From IMG/VR virus record IMGVR_UViG_3300012147_001294: a stretch of DNA of 20,000 bases, one strand, 5' to 3'. Made by a program: the position numbers and the translations under genes. Under the pieces are notes generated by a model, which searched no databases, had not been told where the DNA came from, and saw nothing but the letters and a program-made list of their open reading frames with translations. This DNA is from an uncultured virus (IMG/VR IMGVR_UViG_3300012147_001294) (lineage: Duplodnaviria; Heunggongvirae; Uroviricota; Caudoviricetes). Numbering within the stretch: position 1 is the stretch's first letter; every line of letters starts with the position of its first letter. This document shows positions 1 to 7,498 of this stretch, piece after piece.

Positions 1-486
1 TAACCCCTCCATTACTTCGGTCTTTGTTTTTTGTGCCTTAGCCGCTGCAAATAATGTATTAACTCTTAATTGCTGTTTTACACTTTTATCTTCAGTATGC
101 TCTTTTTTTGTCCTAGCACCTTTACTTTCACCCATATCGATTTGAATCCTTGAATTATCAAATTTAATATCCTGAAATATAACACCATCTTTACCAAAAC
201 GAGATTTAAGTATTGCCATAGTTGCTGTACCATCATCTTTTTGGTCTAAAGTTTTAGCGATTGACACGATAAAGTGACCAATCTGACCTTTTTTAATAGA
301 ACCACCCATTTGGTTTGCTTCCACCACTTCTGCTGAAAGAGAACTATTGTGTGTATAGATATCATTAGCGTAAAACATATGTGTTTCCTCTACTGTTATA
401 TCAATGGTGTCCTCTTCTCCGATTAATTCTATTGATTCAATTTCATCTAACTCAAAATCGTCTAAGTTTAAATTGTGTTCTATCAT
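1..486 (-). CDS. dnaB: C-terminal half of split DnaB/gp41-like helicase: 47-aa C-intein fused to the helicase C-extein (3' end runs off the window)
   Basis: Not in the ORF track; translated by hand from ATG 486 with no stop to position 1: MIEHNLNLDDFELDEIESIELIGEEDTIDITVEETHMFYANDIYTHN|SSLSAEVVEANQMGGSIKKGQIGHFIVSIAKTLDQKDDGTATMAILKSRFGKDGVIFQDIKFDNSRIQ... Contains the intein end THN|S and the DnaB-family KSRFG arginine-finger motif that the upstream ORF lacks. Confidence 0.93.
   Translation of the reverse strand, partial: MIEHNLNLDDFELDEIESIELIGEEDTIDITVEETHMFYANDIYTHNSSLSAEVVEANQMGGSIKKGQIGHFIVSIAKTLDQKDDGTATMAILKSRFGKDGVIFQDIKFDNSRIQIDMGESKGARTKKEHTEDKSVKQQLRVNTLFAAAKAQKTKTEVMEGL
346..486 (-). 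other. C-intein (IntC, 47 aa) of a naturally split intein
   Basis: Block F/G pattern DEIESIELIGEEDTIDITVEETHMFYANDIYTHN followed by Ser+1 (codon 345-343); 15 D/E and no K/R. Confidence 0.93.
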
Positions 487-549
487 TTATTTTTTTTTAA
501 CTCCATAATCCTTACTAATTAAATAGTAACAGAAATAGAAATATTTACA

Positions 550-2871
550 CTATTTTTTAGTTAATAATTTATCACCAACACTTAACCCAGTAGATATTGA
601 CCTTAATTTACCACATTTAACTGGGAATTCATGTTTACTAGAAACAAATATTTCCTTACCAGACTTTAATTTAATTTTATAAACTGGTTGTTTTTCTATT
701 GGAAAAACAGTAGTAATTTTTTTATACCCATCATTTGTTAATATTTCATCACCCTCAATAACATTCTTTATTTCTGTTTTACCCAACCTAATTATTTGAA
801 CCTCAGTATCTATTCGCACGCAACGATTTCCTTGAACCGCTGTCCAACCAGCCATATCTAGTTCAGATAACAACGTCTCAAATTGTCTCATTACACTTCC
901 TTCACCAGCGTTTATATCATCAAATTTTCTTGATGGTTCAACGCAATCTATGTAGTCTAATAAGATTAAGTCTGGTCTAAACCCTTGTGCGATTAATTTT
1001 CGGATATATTGTCTAATCATAGGTATTGTTGTCCCATCGCTTGAAAATTTTACTAATCTTAAATCACCTAGCTTTTGTTTTTCAGCGACAATCGTCATAA
1101 CTTCATCATGATGTGACGACAAATCATTTAGAGGGATGCCTGTCCAACAAGATAAGTGTTTTCTTTGAATAACTTTTGGGTTATCTTCGAAAAATATTTG
1201 TAAAACATTATAACCATCATTAGCTCCAGTATTCGCTATTTTTGTCATCATTGTTGTATTATGTGTGACGATAAAATCGTCTGTAACATATAAATGCTCT
1301 GGGTCATCAACCATAATACATTTAGCTTCTTCATCATGTGAATATTCAATACTTTCTATGAACTTATTGTCAGAGTGGTTATCGTTATTAACCACTCTGA
1401 CTAACTTACTGTTTAATTTAAATGGAACTACACCATTTTCTTTAGGAAATGAAATAACTAATCTATAAGTTAATTCCCCTACTTTATTAGAAACTAAACA
1501 AGAACCACCCAAAGATAGAACTAATTCTTTAACGTCATCACATAGCTGTTTAGAAACGGTATTATATCCAACACTACCATCTTTTCCAACACTACCATCG
1601 TTATCTAATAACCCTTGTAGAATCTCTTGTCTATTGTTAATTGAGTTATATAGATATTCTTTAGGTATAAATTTATTATTAGATGACGAATCAAATAACC
1701 CAAGTTTTTTTATTACATCGGTGATTTGATTTATGGTTACGATAACATCATCTTTATACATTTCAACACCGTATGTTGAATCACCACTCATACTTTGTTT
1801 AATGTATTCTATCAGTTCAAAATCTTTAGTTACTATTATAGAAGACTTGAAGTATTCATCACCTATTAATAACCCCAAAAGGTATGGGTTTAACGGTAAT
1901 TCTTTTTCGTCAAAAATAACTGGTTTAACTGTTGGAATCTTATAGTTAAACTCACCTTTAGGGTCAGAATTTAACTTTTCAATAATATCACTGGTTTTCA
2001 TAACAGTAAAATCATCGTTTGGGTCCAATTTAGTTTGTTGATTAACTGACCATAAGTGTTCTTTATCACACATTGTTGATGTTCCATCATTAAACTTTAC
2101 TTGGTAAATTGGTCTGATACCTTGTGGGTAAACCCCAGTAACATTTGTTTGTCTACCTAACCTATTAATTACCCTATCACCAACTTTAATATCACCCATT
2201 AAACAATAACCACTTGGAGTATAAATTTTACTCGAAACACCTTGTGCTTTACCAACACCAAATGGTGCTAATATAACACCTAATTCACCTTTGGATAGAC
2301 CACCATCCATTATTTCGTCTAACCCAGAAATACCAGTTGGTATTGGTTTCCTAAAATCAACATCTAAAACACTACTTATGTTGTCATAGACACTCATTCC
2401 TTGGTCTTTGTTATCACCAACTTCGAGTGATTTTCTTAACATAGCTTCGATTTGGTCGAAATTATCCAATCCACCACTTTTATTTAGTTTTTCAACATTC
2501 ACTAAAGTCTTCAACATGTCTTGCTGTTTACAAAACCTCATAGCCATGTCTTGGACTTTTAATGTATCATTTAAATCGGCTTCTTGTATTTTTCTAAGTT
2601 GTGCAATGACGTATTTTTGTTGTATATCGTCTTTAACTTCTTCTAATAATCTAAATTGTAGACTACCAATATCTGGTACTATGTTATCAATTCTATGTGC
2701 ATCTTTAATTGTAGCAACAATTATTTTCAAATACGAGTCAGCAAAATAATTTGGGTCAACGATATCTAAAATAGATTCACTAAATTTTCTATCCGTTATA
2801 AATTGTGCAATTAGTCTAATTTGATAATCGTAACCTAAATAACCAAAACTATCTCTATCTAACACCGCCAT
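550..2871 (-). CDS. dnaB: N-terminal half of DnaB/T4 gp41-like replicative helicase, with a contiguous intein in the P-loop and a C-terminal N-intein
   Basis: PIPTGISGLDEIMDGGLSKGELGVILAPFGVGK|T Walker A (interrupted), LQIFFED, LILLDYID Walker B, WTAVQGNR motif; then switches to intein sequence and stops at TAG 552-550. Confidence 0.95.
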   Translation of the reverse strand: MAVLDRDSFGYLGYDYQIRLIAQFITDRKFSESILDIVDPNYFADSYLKIIVATIKDAHRIDNIVPDIGSLQFRLLEEVKDDIQQKYVIAQLRKIQEADLNDTLKVQDMAMRFCKQQDMLKTLVNVEKLNKSGGLDNFDQIEAMLRKSLEVGDNKDQGMSVYDNISSVLDVDFRKPIPTGISGLDEIMDGGLSKGELGVILAPFGVGKAQGVSSKIYTPSGYCLMGDIKVGDRVINRLGRQTNVTGVYPQGIRPIYQVKFNDGTSTMCDKEHLWSVNQQTKLDPNDDFTVMKTSDIIEKLNSDPKGEFNYKIPTVKPVIFDEKELPLNPYLLGLLIGDEYFKSSIIVTKDFELIEYIKQSMSGDSTYGVEMYKDDVIVTINQITDVIKKLGLFDSSSNNKFIPKEYLYNSINNRQEILQGLLDNDGSVGKDGSVGYNTVSKQLCDDVKELVLSLGGSCLVSNKVGELTYRLVISFPKENGVVPFKLNSKLVRVVNNDNHSDNKFIESIEYSHDEEAKCIMVDDPEHLYVTDDFIVTHNTTMMTKIANTGANDGYNVLQIFFEDNPKVIQRKHLSCWTGIPLNDLSSHHDEVMTIVAEKQKLGDLRLVKFSSDGTTIPMIRQYIRKLIAQGFRPDLILLDYIDCVEPSRKFDDINAGEGSVMRQFETLLSELDMAGWTAVQGNRCVRIDTEVQIIRLGKTEIKNVIEGDEILTNDGYKKITTVFPIEKQPVYKIKLKSGKEIFVSSKHEFPVKCGKLRSISTGLSVGDKLLTKK
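553..822 (-). other. N-intein (IntN, 90 aa) of a naturally split intein
   Basis: Starts at Cys684 after QGNR: block A CVRIDTEV, block B-like KSGKEIFVSSKHEFP, and LSVGDKL end, then stop. No block F/G in this ORF. Confidence 0.93.
1258..2247 (-). mobile_element. Class 3 (Ala1, W-C-T) intein with LAGLIDADG homing endonuclease domain, 330 aa
   Basis: Inserted at GVGK|T. Begins AQGVSSKIYTPSG (Ala209); block B CDKEHLW (Trp274); block F AKCIMV (Cys518); block G VTHN (Thr536) then Thr+1. LAGLIDADG-like motifs YLLGLLIGDE and LQGLLDNDGSV. Confidence 0.92.
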
Positions 2872-2912
2872 TTATCATTTTTTTAATTATTAATTCAAAC
2901 TTTGATATAAAT

Positions 2913-3386
2913 TTATCTTTTATTAGTAAATTTTCTATTACTAAAACATTCTCTAATTTCATAAATTATTTCTGGGATTATCTCTTTTATGTTTACATTC
3001 ACTTTTAATGATAAGTGAAAAAACTCATTTGGAAAGATTGATTCCCCACGAACTTCTTTATCTAAAAGAAATTGAAACTTAAACTCATCCATTTTTTTTG
3101 GTGGTGATTTATAAGTTTCTTGCGATTGGTCAATGTACGGGTTGTAATTGGACCACATATAATCATTCGATTGTTTTTTTAAAAATGTAGGGATTATACC
3201 TAATCTACCTAAATCGTTTAAATGCATACCTGAAACTTCATCTAACATTTCTTTCATGTTTGTCATGTTTTCATCAAAATCAAAAATATGAAAACCTCGT
3301 TGACAAACAATATTATTGTTTACATAAAGGATAAATTCAAACCTATCATTGTCGAATTTTTTAAACGCTTCTTTGTTATTTTCCAT
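2913..3386 (-). CDS. Hypothetical phage protein (157 aa) between the exonuclease and helicase genes
   Basis: ATG-start ORF that tiles the gap on the coding strand; no motif recognised. Confidence 0.8.
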   Translation of the reverse strand: MENNKEAFKKFDNDRFEFILYVNNNIVCQRGFHIFDFDENMTNMKEMLDEVSGMHLNDLGRLGIIPTFLKKQSNDYMWSNYNPYIDQSQETYKSPPKKMDEFKFQFLLDKEVRGESIFPNEFFHLSLKVNVNIKEIIPEIIYEIRECFSNRKFTNKR

Positions 3387-3409
3387 TTGTTTATTATTAA
3401 TTATTTATA

Positions 3410-4462
3410 TTAAAATTTTATTTTTTCTCTTGCAATTAAGTTCTTAAACGGAACTAAATAATCAGGATATCTATATTCACCAATTACTATATCTAAACCA
3501 TCTCTTTTCATAAAAGATAGTACGTTTTTTAATTCTCTACCACTATCATCTAATGTCCCTTCAATCAAGGTTTCTAAATTAGCTATTCCTTTATTAGTCA
3601 TCATTGGAGAACTAAGGTCAACTAATTGTTTATTTATTTCATATACCTTAGTACCTTGAACACCATCTGTAATGGAATATAGTAAGTTTTCTAAAACCAA
3701 TAAAGGTTTCTTTTTAGTTAAAACTCTTTCATCGCTTAATATCTTAGCCTCAACTAATAACTCTTCAATAGAGAACTTTCGGTTAGTTATTTCTGGGAAT
3801 AATTTTATTAGCGTTTTTTCCCCAACACCTTTTATACCTTTAATTGAATCAGAATTGTCGCCAATTATTGTTTTCATTAGTACAGCATTGTCTCTATGGT
3901 AACAAAAGTACGAAGAAAAATTGTCTATCCCAACGTATTTTTTCAAATCTAAGAAATAAATTTTTATTTTTTCCTTAACTAACTGAGCCATATCTCTATC
4001 GTTAGTCGCTATGGTTATTTTTTCGTTTTCTTTTTTATTTAAACAATAATAAGCGATAAAGTCATCACCCTCTATTATATCATCCTTTAACTGTCTGATA
4101 TACATTTCATTTAAATATTCCCAAACAACTTCTCTTTGTAATAGTTCGGATTCATCTATTGGTTTAGTGCCGTTGATGTAATCTTTACCTCTATCACTTT
4201 TGTATGGTTTGTATATATCATACCTTAGTTTACCACTGAAATTACCATCCCAGAAGACGTATACTCTATGATATACGTCTTCTGATAGTAACATCCTTAA
4301 TATAGTAATAAATTGGTAAATACCGCCTATATGTTGCCCATTATTATTATAACTATTTTTAGCTCCAAAAAAACTAGTTTTAAACAATGCTGAACCATCT
4401 ATGAGTAAAGTGTTTTGTATTTTTTTTACTACTTCACCGTTTTTTGGTGGTCTTTTATTCAA
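3410..4462 (-). CDS. 5'-3' exonuclease / flap endonuclease (PolA N-terminal domain, T4 RNase H, T5 D15 family)
   Basis: Motifs LLIDGSAL, VFWDG, YKSDR, EGDDFIA, NDRDMAQL and the helix-3-turn-helix GDNSDSIKGIKGVGEKT; TTG start. Confidence 0.92.
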   Translation of the reverse strand: MNKRPPKNGEVVKKIQNTLLIDGSALFKTSFFGAKNSYNNNGQHIGGIYQFITILRMLLSEDVYHRVYVFWDGNFSGKLRYDIYKPYKSDRGKDYINGTKPIDESELLQREVVWEYLNEMYIRQLKDDIIEGDDFIAYYCLNKKENEKITIATNDRDMAQLVKEKIKIYFLDLKKYVGIDNFSSYFCYHRDNAVLMKTIIGDNSDSIKGIKGVGEKTLIKLFPEITNRKFSIEELLVEAKILSDERVLTKKKPLLVLENLLYSITDGVQGTKVYEINKQLVDLSSPMMTNKGIANLETLIEGTLDDSGRELKNVLSFMKRDGLDIVIGEYRYPDYLVPFKNLIAREKIKF

Positions 4463-4500
4463 AATAAATAATTTAAAAATTAATATTCTTTTGTTTTTTT

Positions 4501-5613
4501 TTATTTACTGAAGCTTTCTTCAGGGATAGTTTCTTCCGTAACTTCGAATTCTTCAAAATTAGTACCTAACTTAGCATTGATAAAGTCTTTATTAACTTTA
4601 ACATAATTGTTTTTTTCATCTGGATTTAAAAAACCGTGTGGTGTTGAACAAATAGAACCAGAATATTCGATTCCATTTACGTGGTTTTTAACACACTTAA
4701 TATCAGTTCTGACACCAAAATTATAGCTTTGACCACCACTTACAGCATCTAATTTTTTACTTGATGAAGTTGTCATACCACCCATGTGGAAAATTAATCT
4801 TACACCGTATTTAAATCCTTCACCACCATTATGCATAACCGTTGGTTGTCCGACCGCATTAGGTCTTAACCATATTTTTTGAACCGCAACAAATGTGTTT
4901 GTGTATAAAGAACTTTCACGTCTTGAAGCTGGTATTCTAAAATTTAATATTGATTCGAATTCTCTTTTAAGTGCTCCAGCAGTCCATTGATTGTTGTTCG
5001 TGTTTGAAACCGCACCTTGATAACAACCTATAGAACCAATTGAATCCCAAAGAAAGACTAAATTGTATGGTAACTCACCTTTTTCTTGTTTATCTAACAA
5101 CTCGTTTATTAATTTTGCAACGTCTTCAACAACTGGGATATATCTTTGAGGTGTAGTTTTCATTTTAGCGTCTTTATAATCAAAGTTTTGATATAATGCT
5201 AATAAATCACTACCACCAAAATACATAAAGTCGTCACCATCGTAGTCTAAAATCTCACCCGTTTCTTCGTCTACTGTTTCATTAAAATTAAAACCAACTA
5301 GTCTGGCGTGTTCCCAATTAAAACTACCTTCAGTGTCTATGATTATACAATAGTCACCTATTTTTTGGGCACCAGCTAACGATTCATAAATTCCAGTTGA
5401 TTTACCAACGTCTGAAAACCCTCTAAATTGTGATGTATAACCTCTTGGTACTCCTGGTAATCCGACAGCGTCATGGAATGCTTTTTTGAAAGGTAACCAT
5501 GTTAATTCTTTTTCCTTAACTACTTGTTCACCTAACCCAATACTTTTTTTGAAATCTTTGTTACTAAACCCAACTTTGGTTAATGGTTTCTTTTCTGGAT
5601 GCTTTTTAATCAT
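4501..5613 (-). CDS. uvsX: RecA/UvsX-like recombinase
   Basis: GVPRG preceding Walker A GFSDVGKST, IIIDTEGS, Walker B VFLWDSIGS, GGEGFKY and VKNH motifs; adjacent to SSB. Confidence 0.88.
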   Translation of the reverse strand: MIKKHPEKKPLTKVGFSNKDFKKSIGLGEQVVKEKELTWLPFKKAFHDAVGLPGVPRGYTSQFRGFSDVGKSTGIYESLAGAQKIGDYCIIIDTEGSFNWEHARLVGFNFNETVDEETGEILDYDGDDFMYFGGSDLLALYQNFDYKDAKMKTTPQRYIPVVEDVAKLINELLDKQEKGELPYNLVFLWDSIGSIGCYQGAVSNTNNNQWTAGALKREFESILNFRIPASRRESSLYTNTFVAVQKIWLRPNAVGQPTVMHNGGEGFKYGVRLIFHMGGMTTSSSKKLDAVSGGQSYNFGVRTDIKCVKNHVNGIEYSGSICSTPHGFLNPDEKNNYVKVNKDFINAKLGTNFEEFEVTEETIPEESFSK

Positions 5614-5646
5614 TTAACTTATTTTTAAAATTTAATTATTTTAGAT

Positions 5647-5675
5647 AAAAAAAGAGGTTATACACCTCTTTTTTT
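5647..5675 (-). terminator. Intrinsic terminator-like hairpin (bidirectional shape) downstream of the SSB gene
   Basis: Perfect 12-bp inverted repeat AAAAAAAGAGGT-tatac-ACCTCTTTTTTT, giving a short stem plus a 7-T tract on either strand. Confidence 0.75.
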
Positions 5676-5697
5676 GTTTTATTTTATTTTAGGTTCA

Positions 5698-6579
5698 CTA
5701 AAATGGTAAATCATCATTTTCATCTACATCAACTTTATTTTCTTCTACAGCGGTAGTGGTAAGTTGCATTTTGTTTTTAACGCTTTCAATACCTGAATTA
5801 ACATCTTTAGTTTCTTCTACCTTGTCTTTGGTTAAACTGTTTACGAATTTCTTTTCTTCTTTGTCCCATACAGGAATTCCACCATTTACTATAATTTCTA
5901 AATATTCGTAATTTCTTTCAGCGTAAACATCTCTCCAAGTTCTAGTATCATTTACCCACAATTCTTTAAGTGCTGGGTCTAAAGTTAATGGGGTTGGGTC
6001 CAAAGTAGCTATCCCAGATACGATTGCGATGTCTCTTGAGTTTCTAGTGATTGTTAATAATAAATCACGACCAGTTTCTTCGTCAGTAATATCTTTTTTA
6101 ATCGCATTTAAAATACCGATAACTTTATCGTAAACACCATCTTTACTGTAACTGTGATTAAATCTCCAGAATTTAACTCCATCTGCTTCGTTCTCTCTAT
6201 CAATTACTTTAACAATATACATTTGTTTTTGGTTGTACTTTTTTGCATATTCTCTATCAGAATCTTTACCAGTAGCCATCAATGCTTCTCGTGCTTCACA
6301 AAATGGACACGCTTCATTATTTTCGGCTTTTAAACATGCAAATGTTTTCCATTCACCATCTACTTGAACTTTATGTCCAAAAAAATCTTGAAAAGGTGAA
6401 CCACTTTCCGTAGGGATAATTCTGATTTGTTTTGTGGCTGAGTTTGTTCCTTTTGGGAGATAAGTTGTAAAGTAGTTGGCTAAATCATAAACCTTTACTT
6501 CTTTTTTCTCAAACTTTGGTGAGTTGTTTTTTTCGTACTGTGCTATCATAGCTAGTAATTTGTCTTGTCCTGTGCTCAT
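5698..6579 (-). CDS. ssb: Single-stranded DNA-binding protein, T4 gp32-like
   Basis: IRIIP..PF, putative Zn ligands GH..CL..CPFCE, VKFWRF, DITDEETGRDL, and acidic C-terminal tail DENDDLPF. Confidence 0.88.
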   Translation of the reverse strand: MSTGQDKLLAMIAQYEKNNSPKFEKKEVKVYDLANYFTTYLPKGTNSATKQIRIIPTESGSPFQDFFGHKVQVDGEWKTFACLKAENNEACPFCEAREALMATGKDSDREYAKKYNQKQMYIVKVIDRENEADGVKFWRFNHSYSKDGVYDKVIGILNAIKKDITDEETGRDLLLTITRNSRDIAIVSGIATLDPTPLTLDPALKELWVNDTRTWRDVYAERNYEYLEIIVNGGIPVWDKEEKKFVNSLTKDKVEETKDVNSGIESVKNKMQLTTTAVEENKVDVDENDDLPF

Positions 6580-6618
6580 GTTTTTTTGCTTTATTTGTTA
6601 TGCTTATGTGTAATTACA

Positions 6619-6626
6619 TATAAATA
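6619..6626 (-). promoter_or_regulatory. TATTTATA motif (candidate phage-specific promoter) upstream of SSB
   Basis: Same 8-mer recurs upstream of several minus-strand starts; 39 nt before ATG 6579. Confidence 0.45.
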
Positions 6627-6671
6627 TAATTAATTTTATTTAAAAGTAAATCGTATCGTAATAATTACATA

Positions 6672-6702
6672 CAAAGATACTAATAAAAATATTTTTAACA
6701 AC
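6672..6702 (-). promoter_or_regulatory. Bacteroidota-type housekeeping promoter (-33 TTG / -7 TAnnTTTG) upstream of SSB
   Basis: Minus strand reads GTTG-N19-TATCTTTG in the 133-nt intergenic gap. Confidence 0.65.
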
Positions 6703-6712
6703 TTTTTTTTAT

Positions 6713-7498
6713 TTAAAATTCGTTATCATCTTCTTCTTCGAATTTATTATCGTCAAAACCAAAACTTTTTTTAACGTTTGGTTCACTGTAAGAATAATCT
6801 ACATCACTTTTTTTAAGAACGTATTCTTTCTTTTTTATTTCTTCATTACCCATAACATCATATGCTCCTTCTTTATCTTTCCAATAGTCAGTTAATTTCT
6901 GGCTGTATGGAAATGAATCTAGTGAACGCATCTCTAGTTTTTCAACTGGTGTTGGGTTTCTTTTTATAATTTCTTTTTCTAAATTTTCAATTTTACTTGA
7001 AACGGCATCCATTTTAGCAATTCTGTTTTCTAAATCACTTAATTTTGATAACAACATTTCTGAGTTTTTACTGGCTTCTTCTGCCGCTGATTTAGCTTCT
7101 TCTGAGCCTTGAACTAAAGAAGTAACGTCAATCTCTACTTCGTCATCAACTGGTTCTTCCATAGGTTCTCCTAATTCATCTGGAGTCTCTGGTTCTAACT
7201 CTCCTTCTGGTTCCGCTTCTGGTTCTGGGAGTTCTCCAACTGGGGCTTCTGGGTCAGCATCTAACCCTAGTTCATCACCAATTTCACCAGCAGCTGCCAT
7301 ATCTATGTCGCTATCAGGTTCATTATCTGTAGGTGGTAAATCCTCATTTGTTTCTTCTTCTTCTTCAGCTTCGTATAACCCCTCATCGTACTTTGGTTCT
7401 TCTTTCCTTTCTTGGTAGAAATCATAACTTTCTAATACTTTAAAACGTTTCAATTCTTCTTTCAGTAATTCTGGGTTTAGTTTAGTTTTTTTAAACAT
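6713..7498 (-). CDS. Hypothetical acidic protein (261 aa) with Glu/Pro-rich disordered region and coiled coil; possibly head-associated
   Basis: E/D/P-rich tract (PEPEAEPEGELEPETPDE) followed by heptad-like LLSKLSDLENRIAKMDAVSSKIENLEKEI; start overlaps the upstream stop by 1 nt. Confidence 0.8.
   Translation of the reverse strand: MFKKTKLNPELLKEELKRFKVLESYDFYQERKEEPKYDEGLYEAEEEEETNEDLPPTDNEPDSDIDMAAAGEIGDELGLDADPEAPVGELPEPEAEPEGELEPETPDELGEPMEEPVDDEVEIDVTSLVQGSEEAKSAAEEASKNSEMLLSKLSDLENRIAKMDAVSSKIENLEKEIIKRNPTPVEKLEMRSLDSFPYSQKLTDYWKDKEGAYDVMGNEEIKKKEYVLKKSDVDYSYSEPNVKKSFGFDDNKFEEEDDNEF

Noticed and set aside
490..498. Homopolymer (A9) sequencing error creating an artificial split
   Set aside because: Changing the run length does not remove the upstream TAG and would either shift IntC out of frame or keep the TAA in frame.
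487..552. Contiguous intein produced by TAG readthrough or stop-codon recoding (the two halves are in frame)
   Set aside because: A second in-frame stop (TAA 489-487) precedes the IntC ATG. TAG also ends SSB exactly after its canonical DLPF tail, and the giant ORFs are intact under the standard code, so there is no sign of recoding.
550..2871. Truncated helicase pseudogene
   Set aside because: The missing C-terminus is present and open in the next ORF, and the break falls precisely between intein N- and C-terminal blocks.
3402..3409. T4-type late promoter TATAAATA on the coding strand upstream of the 157-aa gene
   Set aside because: Single occurrence noticed, in an almost pure A/T spacer; the recurrent motif has the opposite orientation. 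Cannot be distinguished from chance.
3410..4462. Fragment of a broken DNA polymerase I
   Set aside because: No polymerase domain follows; stand-alone 5'-3' exonucleases of this size are normal in large phages.
7150..7260. Repeating TTCTGG/TCTGG units as a DNA repeat or array
   Set aside because: Irregular spacing; explained by Pro-Glu codons in a low-complexity protein region.
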